Shown here piece by piece: positions 38,401 to 53,235 of a stretch of DNA of 64,000 bases (position 1 is the stretch's first letter; the number at the start of each line of letters is the position of its first letter). Origin of the DNA: Eledone cirrhosa (lineage: Eukaryota); NCBI GenBank assembly GCA_964016885.1, contig OZ024759.1, positions 4,154,001 to 4,218,000 on the forward strand. The letters run 5' to 3'. The position numbers and the translations under genes are program-made. Below the pieces are notes generated by a model, which was not told the DNA's origin, did not search any database, and worked only from the letters and a program-made list of their open reading frames with translations.

Positions 38401-41400
38401 TGCTACCTTATAACCAGGACCACACCATCTACTGTAACACACCTGTCTGATAGATGATACCTTATAACCAGGACCACACCATCTACTGTAACACACATGT
38501 CTGACAGGTGCTACCTTATAACCAGGACCACATCATCTACTGTAACACACCTGTCTGATAGATGATACCTTATAAACAGGACCACACCATCTACTGTAAC
38601 ACACCTGTCTGACAGGTGCTACCTTATAACCAGGATCACACCATCTACTGTAACACACCTGTCTGACAGCTGCTACCATATAACCAGTACCACACCATCT
38701 ACTGGAACACACGTGTCTGACAGCTGCTACCTTATAACCAGGACCACACCATCTACTGTAACACACCTGTCTGACAGCTGCTACCTTATAACCAGGACCA
38801 CACCATCTACTGGAACACACCTGTCTGACAGGTGCTACCTTATAACCAGGACCACACCATCTACTGTAACACACCTGTCTGATAGATGATACCTTATAAC
38901 CAGGACCACACCATCTACTGGAACACACCTGTCTGACAGGTGCTACCTTATAACCAGGACCACACCATCTACTGTAACACACCTGTCTGATAGATGATAC
39001 CTTATAACCAGGACCACACCATCTACTGTAACACACATGTCTGATAGCTGCTGCCATATAACCAGGACCACACCATCTACTGTAACACACCTGTCTGATA
39101 GATGATACCTTATAACCAGGACCACACCATCTACTGTAACACACCTGTCTGACAGGTGCTACATTATAACCAGGACCACACCATCTACTGTAACACACCT
39201 GTCTGACAGGTGCTACCTTATAACCAGGACCACACCTTCTACTGTAACACACCTGTCTGACAGGTGCTACCTTATAACCAGGACCACACCATCTACTGTA
39301 ACACACCTGTCTGACAGGTGCTACCTTATAACCAGGACCACACCTTCTACTGTAACACACCTGTCTGACAGGTGCTACCTTATAACCAGGACCACACCAT
39401 CTACTGTAACACACCTGTCTGACAGGTGCTACCTTATAACCAGGACCACACCATCTACTGTAACACACATGTCTGATAGCTGCTACCTTATAACCAGGAC
39501 CACACCATCTACTGTAACACACCTGTCTGACAGCTGCTACCATATAACCAGGACCACACCATCTACTGTAACACACCTGTCTGATAGATGATACCTTATA
39601 ACCAGGACCACACCATCTACTGTAACACACCTGTCTGACAGGTGCTACCTTATAACCAGGACCACACCTTCTACTGTAACACACCTGTCTGACAGGTGCT
39701 ACCTTATAACGAGGACCACACCATCTACTGTAACTGACCTATCTGACAGGTGCTACCTTATAACCAGGACCACACCTTCTACTGTAACACACCTGTCTGA
39801 CAGGTGCTACCTTATAACCAGGACCACACCATCTTCTGTAACACACCTGTCTGACAGCTGCTACCATATAACCAGGACCACACCATCTAATGTAACACAC
39901 CTGTCTGATAGCTCCTACCTTATAACCAGGACCACACTATCTACTGTAACACACTTGTCTGACAGGTGCTACCTTATAACCAGGACCACACCATCTACTG
40001 TAACACACCTGTCTGATAGATGATACCTTATAACCAGGACCACACCATCTACTGGAACACACCTGTCTGACAGGTGCTACCTTATAACCAGGACCACACC
40101 ATCTACTGTAACACACCTGTCTGATAGATGATACCTTATAACCAGGACCACACCATCTACTGTAACACACATGTCTGACAGGTGCTACCTTATAACCAGG
40201 ACCACATCATCTACTGTAACACACCTGTCTGATAGATGATACCTTATAAACAGGACCACACCATCTACTGTAACACACCTGTCTGACAGGTGCTACCTTA
40301 TAACCAGGATCACACCATCTACTGTAACACACCTGTCTGACAGCTGCTACCATATAACCAGTACCACACCATCTACTGGAACACACGTGTCTGACAGGTG
40401 CTACCTTATAACCAGGACCACACCATCTACTGTAACACACCTGTCTGACAGCTGCTAACTTATAACCAGGACCACACCATCTACTTGAACACACCTGTCT
40501 GACAGGTGCTACCTTATAACCAGGACCACACCATCTACTGTAACACACCTGTCTGATAGATGATACCTTATAACCAGGACCACACCATCTACTGGAACAC
40601 ACCTGTCTGACAGGTACTACCTTATAACCAGGACCACACCATCTACTGTAACACACCTGTCTGATAGATGATACCTTATAACCAGGACCACACCATCTAC
40701 TGTAACACACATGTCTGATAGCTGCTACCATATAACCAGGACCACACCATCTACTGTAACACACCTGTCTGATAGATGATACCTTATAACCAGGACCACA
40801 CCATCTACTGTAACACACCTGTCTGACAGGTGCTACCTTATAACCAGGACCACACCATCTACTGTAACACACCTGTCTGACAGGTGCTACCTTATAACCA
40901 GGACCACACCTTCTACTGTAACACACCTGTCTGACAGGTGCTACCTTATAACCAGGACCACACCATCTACTGTAACACACCTGTCTGACAGGTGCTACCT
41001 TATAACCAGGACCACACCTTCTACTGTAACACACCTGTCTGACAGGTGCTACCTTATAACCAGGACCACACCATCTACTGTAACACACCTGTCTGACAGG
41101 TGCTACCTTATAACCAGGACCACACCATCTACTGTAACACACATGTCTGATAGCTGCTACCTTATAACCAGGACCACACCATCTACTGTAACACACCTGT
41201 CTGACAGCTGCTACCATATAACCAGGACCACACCATCTACTGTAACACACCTGTCTGATAGATGATACCTTATAACCAGGACAACACCATCTACTGTAAC
41301 ACACCTGTCTGACAGGTGCTACCTTATAACCAGGACCACACCTTCTACTGTAACACACCTGTCTGACAGGTGCTACCTTATAACCAGGACCACACCATCT

Positions 41401-44400
41401 ACTGTAACACACCTATCTGACAGGGGCTACCTTATAACCAGGACCACACCTTCTACTGTAACACACCTGTCTGACAGGTGCTACCTTATAACCAGGACCA
41501 CACCATCTACTGTAACACACCTGTCTGACAGCTGCTACCATATAACCAGGACCACACCATCTACTGTAACACACCTGTCTGACAGCTTCTACCTTATAAC
41601 CAGGACCACACCATCTACTGTAACACACCTGTCTGACAGCTCCTACCTTATAACCAGGACCACACTATCTACTGTAACACACTTGTCTGATAGCTGCTAC
41701 CCTATAACCAGGACCACACCATCTACTGTAACACACCTGTCTGACAGGTGATACCTTATAACCAGGACCACGCCATCTACTGTAACACACCTGTCTGACA
41801 GCTGCTACCTTATAACCAGGACCACACCATCTACTGTAACACACCTGTCACCTTATAACCAGGACCACACCATCTACTGTAACACACCTGTCTGACAGGT
41901 GCTACCTTATAACCAGGACCACACCATCTACTGTAACACACTTATCTGACAGGTGCTACCTATTAACCAGGACCACACCATCTACTGTAACACACCTGTC
42001 TGACAGGTGCTACCTTATAACCAGGACCACACCATCTACTGTAACACACCTGTCTGATAGATGATACCTTATAACCAGGACCACACCATCTACTGTAACA
42101 CACCTGTCTGACAGGTGCTACCTTATAACCAGGACCACACCATCTACTGTAACACACCTGTCTGATAGATGATACCTTATAACCAGGACCACACCATCTA
42201 CTGTAACACACCTGTCTGATAGATGATACCTTATAACCAGGACCACACCATCTACTGTAACACACCTGTCTGATAGATGATACCCTATAACCAGGACCAC
42301 ACCATCTACTGTAACACACCTGTCTGACAGGTGCTACCTTATAACCAGGACCACACCATCTACTGTAACACACCTGTCTGATAGATGATACCTTATAACC
42401 AGGACCACACCATCTACTGGAACACACCTGTCTCACAGGTGCTACCTTATAACCAGGACCACACCATCTACTGTAACACACCTGTCTGACAGGTGCTACC
42501 TTATAACCAGGACCACACCATCTACTGTAACACACCTGTCTGACAGGTGCTACCTTATAACCAGGATCACACCATCTACTGTAACACACCTGTCTGACAG
42601 GTGCTACCTTATAACCAGGACCACACCATCTACTGTAACACACCTGTCTGATAGATGATAATTTATAACCAGGACCACACCATCTACTGTAACACACCTG
42701 TCTGACAGGTGCTACCTTATAACCAGGACCACACCATCTACTGTAACACACCTGTCTGACAGGTGCTACCTTATAACCAGGACCACACCTTCTACTGTAA
42801 CACACCTGTCTGACAGGTGCTACCTTATAACCAGGACCACACCATCTACTGTAACACACCTGTCTGACAGGTGCTACCTTATAACCAGGACCACACCATC
42901 TACTGTAACACACATGTCTGATAGATGATACCTTATAACCAGGACCACACCATCTACTGTAACACACCTGTCTGACAGCTGCTACCATACAACCAGGACC
43001 ACACCATCTACTGTAACACACCTGTCTGATAGATGATACCTTATAACCAGGACCACACCATCTACTGTAACACACCTGTCTGACAGGTGCTACCTTATAA
43101 CCAGGACCACACCATCTACTGTAACACACCTATCTGACAGGTGCTACCTTATAACCAAGACCACACCTTCTACTGTAACACACCTGTCTGACAGGTGCTA
43201 CCTTATAACCAGGACCACACCATCTACTGTAACACACCTGTCTGACAGCTGCTACCATATAACCAGGACCACACCATCTACTGTAACACACCTGTCTGAC
43301 AGCTGCTACCTTATAACCAGGACCACACCATCTACTGTAACACACCTGTCTGACAGCTCCTACCTTATAACCAGGACCACACTATCTACTGTAACACACT
43401 TGTCTGATAGCTGCTACCTTATAACCAGGACCACACCATCTACTGTAACACACCTGTCTGACAGGTGATACCTTATAACCAGGACCACACCATCTACTGT
43501 AACACACCTGTCTGACAGCTGCTACCTTATAACCAGGACCACACCATCTACTGTAACACACCTGTCTGACAGCCGCTACCTTATAACCAGGACCACACCA
43601 TCTACTGTAACACACCTGTCTGACAGGTGCTACCTTATAACCAGGACCACACCATCTACTGTAACACACCTGTCTGACAGGTGCTAACTTATAACCAGGA
43701 CCACACCATCTACTGTAACACACTTATCTGACAGGTGCTACCTATTAACCAGGACCACACCATCTACTGTAACACACCTGTCTGACAGGTGCTACCTTAT
43801 AACCAGGACCACACCATCTACTGTAACACACCTGTCTGATAGATGATACCTTATAACCAGGACCACACCATCTACTGTAACACACCTGTCTGACAGGTGC
43901 TACCTTATAACCAGGACCACACCATCTACTGTAACACACCTGTCTGACAGCTGCTACCTTATAACGAGGACCACACCATCTACTGTAACACACCTCTCTG
44001 ACAGGTGCTACCATATAACCAGGACCACACCATCTACTGTAACACACCTGTCTGATAGATGATACCTTATAACCAGGACCACACCATCTACTGTAACACA
44101 CCTGTCTGACAGGTGCTACCTTATAACCAGGACCACACCATCTACTGTAACACACCTGTCTGATAGATGATACCTTATAACCAGGACCACACCATCTACT
44201 GTAACACACCTGTCTGATAGATGATACCTTATAACCAGGACCACACCATCTACTGTAACACACCTGTCTGATAGATGATACCCTATAACCAGGACCACAC
44301 CATCTACTGTAACACACCTGTCTGACAGGTGCTACCTTATAACCAGGACCACACCATCTACTGTAACACACCTGTCTGATAGATGATACCTTATAACCAG

Positions 44401-47400
44401 GACCACACCATCTACTGGAACACACCTGTCTCACAGGTGCTACCTTATAACCAGGACCACACCATCTACTGTAACACACCTGTCTGACAGGTGCTACCTT
44501 ATAACCAGGACCACACCATCTACTGTAACACACCTGTCTGACAGGTGCTACCTTATAACCAGGATCACACCATCTACTGTAACACACCTGTCTGACAGGT
44601 GCTACCTTATAACCAGGACCACACCATCTACTGTAACACACCTGTCTGATAGATGATACCTTATAACCAGGACCACACCATCTACTGTAACACACCTGTC
44701 TGACAGGTGCTACCTTATAACCAGGACCACACCATCTACTGTAACACACCTGTCTGACAGGTGCTACCTTATAACCAGGACCACACCTTCTACTGTAACA
44801 CACCTGTCTGACAGGTGCTACCTTATAACCAGGACCACACCATCTACTGTAACACACCTGTCTGACAGGTGCTACCTTATAACCAGGACCACACCATCTA
44901 CTGTAACACACATGTCTGATAGATGATACCTTATAACCAGGACCACACCATCTACTGTAACACACCTGTCTGACAGCTGCTACCATACAACCAGGACCAC
45001 ACCATCTACTGTAACACACCTGTCTGATAGATGATACCTTATAACCAGGACCACACCATCTACTGTAACACACCTGTCTGACAGGTGCTACCTTATAACC
45101 AGGACCACACCATCTACTGTAACACACCTATCTGACAGGTGCTACCTTATAACCAAGACCACACCTTCTACTGTAACACACCTGTCTGACAGGTGCTACC
45201 TTATAACCAGGACCACACCATCTACTGTAACACACCTGTCTGACAGCTGCTACCATATAACCAGGACCACACCATCTACTGTAACACACCTGTCTGACAG
45301 CTGCTACCTTATAACCAGGACCACACCATCTACTGTAACACACCTGTCTGACAGCTCCTACCTTATAACCAGGACCACACTATCTACTGTAACACACTTG
45401 TCTGATAGCTGCTACCTTATAACCAGGACCACACCATCTACTGTAACACACCTGTCTGACAGGTGATACCTTATAACCAGGACCACACCATCTACTGTAA
45501 CACACCTGTCTGACAGCTGCTACCTTATAACCAGGACCACACCATCTACTGTAACACACCTGTCTGACAGCTGCTACCTTATAACCAGGACCACACCATC
45601 TACTGTAACACACCTGTCTGACAGGTGCTACCTTATAACCAGGACCACACCATCTACTGTAACACACCTGTCTGACAGGTGCTAACTTATAACCAGGACC
45701 ACACCATCTACTGTAACACACTTATCTGACAGGTGCTACCTATTAACCAGGACCACACCATCTACTGTAACACACCTGTCTGACAGGTGCTACCTTATAA
45801 CCAGGACCACACCATCTACTGTAACACACCTGTCTGATAGATGATACCTTATAACCAGGACCACACCATCTACTGTAACACACCTGTCTGACAGGTGCTA
45901 CCTTATAACCAGGACCACACCATCTACTGTAACACACCTGTCTGACAGCTGCTACCTTATAACGAGGACCACACCATCTACTGTAACACACCTCTCTGAC
46001 AGGTGCTACCATATAACCAGGACCACACCATCTACTGTAACAGACCTGTCTGATAGATGATAACTTATAACCAGGACCACACCATCTACTGTAACACACC
46101 TGTCTGATAGATGATACCTTATAACCAGGACCACACCATCTACTGTAACACACCTGTCTGACAGGTGCTACCTTATAACCAGGACCACACCATCTACTGT
46201 AACACACCTGTCTGATAGATGATACCTTATAACCAGGACCACACCATCTACTGTAACACACCTGTCTGATAGATGATACCTTATAACCAGGACCACACCA
46301 TCTACTGTAACACACCTGTCTGATAGATGATACCCTATAACCAGGACCACACCATCTACTGTAACACACCTGTCTGACAGGTGCTACCTTATAACCAGGA
46401 CCACACCATCTACTGTAACACACCTGTCTGATAGATGATACCTTATAACCAGGACCACACCATCTACTGGAACACACCTGTCTCACAGGTGCTACCTTAT
46501 AACCAGGACCACACCATCTACTGTAACACACCTGTCTGACAGGTGCTACCTTATAACCAGGACCACACCATCTACTGTAACACACCTGTCTGACAGGTGC
46601 TACCTTATAACCAGGATCACACCATCTACTGTAACACACCTGTCTGACAGGTGCTACCTTATAACCAGGACCACACCATCTACTGTAACACACCTGTCTG
46701 ATAGATGATACCTTATAACCAGGACCACACCATCTACTGTAACACACCTGTCTGACAGCTGCTACCTTATAACCAGGACCACACCATCTACTGTAACACA
46801 CCTGTCTGATAGATGATACCTTATAACCAGGAACACACCATCTACTGTAACACACCTGTCTGATAGATGATACCCTATAACCAGGACCACACCATCTACT
46901 GTAACACACCTGTCTGACAGGTGCTACCTTATAACCAGGACCACACCATCTACTGTAACACACCTGTCTGATAGATGATACCTTATAACCAGGACCACAC
47001 CATCTACTGGAACACACCTGTCTCACAGGTGCTACCTTATAACCAGGACCACACCATCTACTGTAACACACCTGTCTGACAGGTGCTACCTTATAACCAG
47101 GACCACACCATCTACTGTAACACACCTGTCTGACAGGTGCTACCTTATAACCAGGATCACACCATCTACTGTAACACACCTGTCTGAGAGGTGCTACCTT
47201 ATAACCAGGACCACACCATCTACTGTAACACACCTGTCTGATAGATGATACCTTATAACCAGGACCACACCATCTACTGTAACACACCTGTCTGACAGCT
47301 GCTACCTTATAACCAGGACCACACCATCTACTGTAACACACCTGTCTGATAGATGATACCTTATAACCAGGAACACACCTTCCACTGGAACACACACCTG
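35411..47400. repeat. 54-bp satellite, ~220 copies (~12 kb), derived from the EGF exon 3' half
   Basis: acacacctgtctgacaggtgctaccttataaccaggaccacaccatctactgta. Confidence 0.97.
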
Positions 47401-47477
47401 TCTCTGTCTTACACCTGTCTCTGTGTTACACCTACTATCATCTTGACTAAATATATTAAGTAACAAACAAAGCTTAC

Positions 47478-47615
47478 CTGTCTGACAGTTGCTACTTTCA
47501 TAACCAGCAGTACATCCTCCTCTAGAACACACACCTGTCTGTTTGTTACATTTACTGTTGTCAGCACAGTAACATGTGTTGCCACAGTTGGCTCCAAATT
47601 TTCCATTTCTACAGA
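47478..47615 (-). CDS. EGF-like exon, 138 nt
   Basis: CRNGKFGANCGNTCYCADNSKCNKQTGVCSRGGCTAGYESSNCQT; ccacag acceptor, gtaagc donor. Confidence 0.85.
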
Positions 47616-47889
47616 CTGTGGAAATAAAAATATGAGAACAATGACAATAACAACAACATATAACACTATACAAGATAATGCTTCTGATTTAGGCACAAGG
47701 CCAGCAATTTTAGGGGAGGAGAAAATCAATTAAATCGACCCCAGTGTGTGACTGGTACTTCATTTTATCAACCCTGTTGGGATGAAAGGGATAGCTACCA
47801 CAATTCTATCATCTATATTATAGCGTTGTCATCTATACTATATCTATATCATCTGTACTATATTTGTATCATCTTAATTTCCATGTTTC

Positions 47890-48340
47890 TAACACCCATG
47901 GATATGCCTACAAAGTCAGAAAACAGCACAGCTCCCATGACTTTCGGAAACATTTTTTCAAGCTCAGAGTTGCTGAAGCATGGAACAAACTACCTGCATC
48001 AGTTGTTAGCTGTCGAGACACATCCTTTACAACCGCCATGGAACAAACTAATTGCATCAGTTGTTAGCTGTCGAGACACTACATCCTTTAAAACCTCCAT
48101 GGAACAAACTACCTGCATCAGTTGTTAGCTGTCGAGACACTACATCCTTTAAAACCTCTATGCTTCCTGAGATTCGTCAACACTGCACCTGATGTCCCCC
48201 CTTCCATACACACGCACACATGTATTTCATGACTCTAACACTGTTCCTTTTCCTGACATTTAAACATTATTCTATGTACTATACATGCACCTTTGATGAG
48301 TTGTAGTGCACCTGAGCACTGTACACAATAATTTCATTAT
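47890..48340 (+). mobile_element. CR1/L2-like LINE 3' end; related fragments at ~6560-7030(-), 12935-13200(+), 33330-33460(+), 34440-34625(-)
   Basis: THGYAYKVRKQHSSHDFRKHFFKLRVAEAWNKLPASVV...SFK is typical of the CR1/L2 ORF2 C-terminus; internal triplication of the NKLPASVV segment. Confidence 0.7.
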
Positions 48341-49030
48341 TATATTATTTTATACTCCAGTGGTATGACCTAAACTATATATAATCCATACTATATCTAT
48401 ACAATCTATATGATTTCCGTAACATCGATATTATGTCTATATACTTGCCGATTCTCTACACTCCATACCAATGTTATACTATATATTCATGAGGCTATGA
48501 TATCCCCTTTATATTGTAAGCACATAGCTTAGTAGTTAGAGCATTGGCCTTGCAATCGAAAGGTTGTGAGTTCAATTCTCAGACCGGGTGATGTGTTGTT
48601 TCCTTGAGCGGTACACTTTATTTCCCATTGCTCCAGTTTACTCAGTTGTAGAAATGAGATGATAGGGACTGGGGTCCATATCATTCCACTGCAAAGTGGT
48701 CCTGGAGGTGCCACGGCAAAAAACACCCAATACTCACTGTAAATGAGGTTGGTGTTAGGAAGGGCATCCAGCTGTAGAAATCAAGCCAGAATCAGTTTCC
48801 GTCCCACCCTTGTAAGCAGGGAAATGCAGACGTAAAATGATGATGATGATGATTGTAGCTCCAAAACAGTTTAAATCTACCTGTCTCACAGGTGTTACCT
48901 TCATAACCAGCACTACACCCTCCACTAAAACACACACCTGTCTCTGTGTTACACTTAGCTGTGTGTTACACCTACTGTCATCTTGACTCAATATATCATG
49001 TTAGAAACAAAGCTATACTACACCACTTAC

Positions 49031-49168
49031 CTGTCTGACAGTTGCTACCTTCATAACCAGCAGTACATCCTCCACTAGAACACACACCTGTCTGTTTGTA
49101 ACACCTGTTATTATCAGCACAGTGGCATGTGTGTTTACAGTTAGCTCCAAATTTACCAATGTCACAGG
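49031..49168 (-). CDS. EGF-like exon, 138 nt
   Basis: CDIGKFGANCKHTCHCADNNRCYKQTGVCSSGGCTAGYEGSNCQT; ttacag acceptor, gtaagt donor. Confidence 0.87.
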
Positions 49169-50760
49169 CTGTAATATGAAATGTAATGTAAACAGTTTGA
49201 ACAATTTCAAGATATAATATTTAGAATTATTAACCTTTTTGATATCAAAATACCTGACACCGATTAACTGTTTTACTCTATATATTTATCTAAAAACCTC
49301 CCACTATAGTGTTATGTAAGAACTTTTGTTAAGTTATGTTCCATCCAAAATATTAGTGATGAAAATCTCAGTTATATAACTATAGCCCTTCAAATTCTTC
49401 ATTATATAAAAATTTGTTTAAATTTGTATGCAATATATTTCTTTAGTAATATGGTAATGAAAGGATTAATGACATAGACAGTGTCTTTAAGTAGAAATAT
49501 GGTAATGAAAGGGTTAATGATATAGACAGTGTCTTTAAGTAGAAATATGTAATGAAAGGGTTAATGACATAGACAGTGTCTTTAAGTAGAGATATGGTAA
49601 TGAAAGGGTTAATGACATAGACAGTGTCTTTAAGTAGAAATATGGTAATGAAAGGGTTAATGACATAGACAGTGTCTTTAAGTAGAGATATGTAATGAAA
49701 GGGTTAATGACATAGACAGTGTCTTTAAGTAGAAATATGGTAATGAAAGGGTTAATGACATAGACAGTGTCTTTAAGTAGAGATATGTAATGAAAGGGTT
49801 AATGACATAGACAGTGTCTTTAAGTAGAAACTTGGTAATGAAAGGTTTAATGACATAGAGTCTATGTCATTAAACCTTAATCCAAATATTCAATTACTTT
49901 GAAGCAAGAAACAAATGCAAATATCCGACTAACTTGAATTTTCCATCGGATTTTAAAATTATTTTACGTATTTTTGCTATATTAGTTTTTTTAACTTAAT
50001 ATTATTATTTTTCTATTGTATTTCTTTATAATTATGTGAATACAAAAATATTTTATATTGTAACTTTTTATGTTAAATAATAAATGACTATAAAACTATA
50101 CAAAAACTATAATAATTTCACAAAAGTCGCATTCATAGGTATATCAACTTATGCGACCTCCTTTATTACTGCCTAATTTAAATGTGGCCTCTAATGGTAA
50201 AAAGGTTCCTCTCCTCTGACATAGACAGTATCTTTCATTAGAAATATGGTAATGAAAGGGTTAATGACATAGACAGTGTCTTTTATTAGAAATGTGGTAA
50301 TGAAAGGGTTAATGACATAGACAGTGTCTTTTATTAGAAATGTGGTAATGAAAGGGTTAATGACATAGACAGTGTCTTTTATTAGAAATGTGGTAATGAA
50401 AGGGTTAATGACATAGACAGTGTCTTTTATTAGAAATGTGGTAATGAAAGGGTTAATGACATAGACAGTGTCTTTCATTAGAAATGTGGTAATGAAAGGG
50501 TTAATGACATAGACAGTGTCTTTTATTAGAAATGTGGTAATGAAAGGGTTAATGACATGGACAGTGTCTTTCATTAGAAATATGGTAATGAAAGGGTTAA
50601 TGACATAGACAGTGTCTTTCATTAGAAATGTGGTAATGAAAGGGTTAATGACATAGACAGTGTCTTTTATTAGAAATGTGGTAATGAAAGGGTTAATGAC
50701 ATAGACAATGTCTTTCATTAGAAATATGGTAATGAAAGGGTTAATTACTACACCATATAC

Positions 50761-50898
50761 CTGTCTGACAGTTGCTACCTTCATAACCAGCAGCACATCC
50801 TCCACTAGAACACACACCTGTCTGTTTGTTACATTTACTGTTGTCAACACAGTGACATGTGTTGCCACAGTTGGCTCCAAATTTACCTGATTTACAGA
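50761..50898 (-). CDS. EGF-like exon, 138 nt (weak donor GTATAT)
   Basis: CKSGKFGANCGNTCHCVDNSKCNKQTGVCSSGGCAAGYEGSNCQT; ttccag acceptor. Confidence 0.75.
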
Positions 50899-51006
50899 CT
50901 GGAAATAAAATATGAGAACAATGACAATTATAACAACATTTACACTATACAAGATAATAAATATCACAATATTATATTATCTATATTATAATGTTGTCAT
51001 CTATAC

Positions 51007-52869
51007 CAGAGGTCGGCATCCTTTTGGGGTGTGCGGGCCACTTTGCTATGGAGTGTCACACAGGCAGGCCACATTTCTATGCAGTGTCTCACTGGCAGGC
51101 CACATTGTTACGAAGTGTCTTGTCAGTTGCTCACATTGCTATACAGTGTCTTGTCAGCAGGCCACATTGCTATACAGTGTCTTGTCAGCAGGCCACATAG
51201 CTATGGAGTGTCTTGTCAGCAGGCCACATAGCTATGGAGTGTCTTGTCAGCAGGCCACATAGCTATGGAGTGTCTCACCAGCAGGCCACATTGCTATACA
51301 GTGTCTTGTCAGCAGGCCACATTGCTATACAGTGTCTTGTCAGCAGGCCACATAGCTATGCAGTGTCTCACCAGCAGGCCACATAGCTATGGAGTGTCTA
51401 GTCAGCAGGCCACATAGCTATGGAGTGTCTCACCAGCAGGCCACATTGCTATGCAGTGTCTTCTCAGCAGGCCATATTGCTATGCAGTGTCTCACCAGCA
51501 GGCCACATGGCTATGGAGTGTCTCACCAGCAGGCCACATAGCTATGCAGTGTCTCGTCAGCAGGCCATATTGCTATGCAGTGTCTCGTCAGCAGGCCACA
51601 TAGCTATGTAGTGTCTCAGCAGCAGGCCACATAGCTATGGAGTGTCTCACCAGCAGGCCACATAGCTATGGAGTGTCTTGTCAGCAGGCCACATAGCTAT
51701 GTAATGTCTCGCCAGCAGGCCACATAGCTATGTAGTGTCTTGTCAGCAGGCCACATAGCTATGTAATGTCTCGCCAGCAGGCCACATAGCTATGCAGTGT
51801 CTCACCAGCAGGCCACATAGCTATGCAGTGTCTCGTCAGCAGGCCATATTGCTATGCAGTGTCTCGTCAGCAGGCCATATTGCTATGCAGTGTCTCACCA
51901 GCAGGCCACATAGCTATGCAGTGTCTCGTCAGCAGGCCACATTGCTATACAGTGTCTTGTCAACAGGCCATATAGCTATGGAGTGTCTCACCAGCAGGCC
52001 ACATAGCTATGTAGTGTCTTGTCAGCAGGCGACATAGCTATGGAGTGTCTCACCAGCAGACTACATAGCTATGCAGTGTCTCACCAGCAGGCCACATTGC
52101 TATGCAGTGTCTCACCAGCAGGCCACATAGCTATGCAGTGTCTCGTCAGCAGGCCACATTGCTATGCAGTGTCTCGTCAGCAGGCCACGTAGCTATGTAG
52201 TGTCTCGTCGGCAGGCCATGATATCAAATAAGTAATGAGAACATATGTAAAAAGAATGCAGTAATATAATAAAATACTCTGACATTTTTAATAAACTCTG
52301 ACAAAGCCATGACACCTGGCAGTGTATTTAAACCAGGGTTGCCATTTGTTCAGTGAACATATTTACTTCTAATAATACTGAACACTTTTAACATAGAAAA
52401 ATAAATAAACATTGATTATTATCAAATACAGTCCCTTACAGATGTTTTACTACCAGACAGTTAACTAAAATGAACAATTTTGAGGATGAAATGAAATAAC
52501 TATGTCAGACATACTGACTTTTTTAGGTAAGTCTGGGTCATTTCACATCCCTGCCATACAGATACTATGTATGTACATATATACACGAATACACACACAC
52601 AGTCCCTTTGACCTCGATGTCTGACTATTCTATCTCTCTGAGTTTGATTGTTTCTTACTGTCACATTAAAACATTACGTTCAGTTAAGTGAGTCTTGAGG
52701 TTAGACGTGTTCTCTAGTTGGTATTTTAATCCCAAATAATTCAGAACACATTTTCAGGGGATGGCTTAGTCAAAGATTGAAACCTGTCGGCAGGCCAGAT
52801 GTCGCCCGTGGGCCAGATGTGGCCCGCGGGCCAGATGTGGCCTACGGGCCAGGGATTTAATGACCCCTA
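51007..52869. mobile_element. Non-autonomous hAT (Charlie/Buster-like) element
   Basis: Ends CAGAGGTC... and ...GACCCCTA, perfect 8-bp TSD ATCTATAC (50999-51006 and 52870-52877), GGGCC-rich subterminal repeats. Confidence 0.82.
51040..52220. repeat. 31-bp minisatellite, ~38 copies, inside the hAT element
   Basis: cagcaggccacatagctatggagtgtcttgt variants. Confidence 0.92.
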
Positions 52870-53235
52870 ATCTATACTATAGTGATATCAACTATTTTAT
52901 ATCTATATCATCTGTACTATATCCCTACAACCTATATTATATCTATAGCTATACTATATCTATTCCTCTATATTATATCTATTGAAGGTGCAAGGATTAG
53001 TGGTAAGAGCGTCAGGCTTACAATCATAAAGTTGTGAGTTTGATGCCTGAATCTTGCTGTGTTTTGTGTTCTTGAACAAGTCACTTTATTTCATGTTGCT
53101 CAAGATACTCTGCTATAGAAATGAGTTGTGATGTCACACTTTCAATAGGAACACACACCTGTCTCTAAGTTACACCTGCTGTTGTTTTGTTTCAATATAT
53201 TATGCTACAACAAAGTTATGCTACATCACTTACCT

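Noticed and set aside
35401-47395. Cys-rich ORFs (VCYSRWCGPGYKVAPVRQ)n as genuine CDS
   Set aside because: Satellite monomers, partly out of the EGF frame and interrupted by scattered stops; no evidence of splicing from sequence alone
22634-47400. CRISPR-like arrays
   Set aside because: Units are head-to-tail with no unique spacers; eukaryotic context and no cas genes
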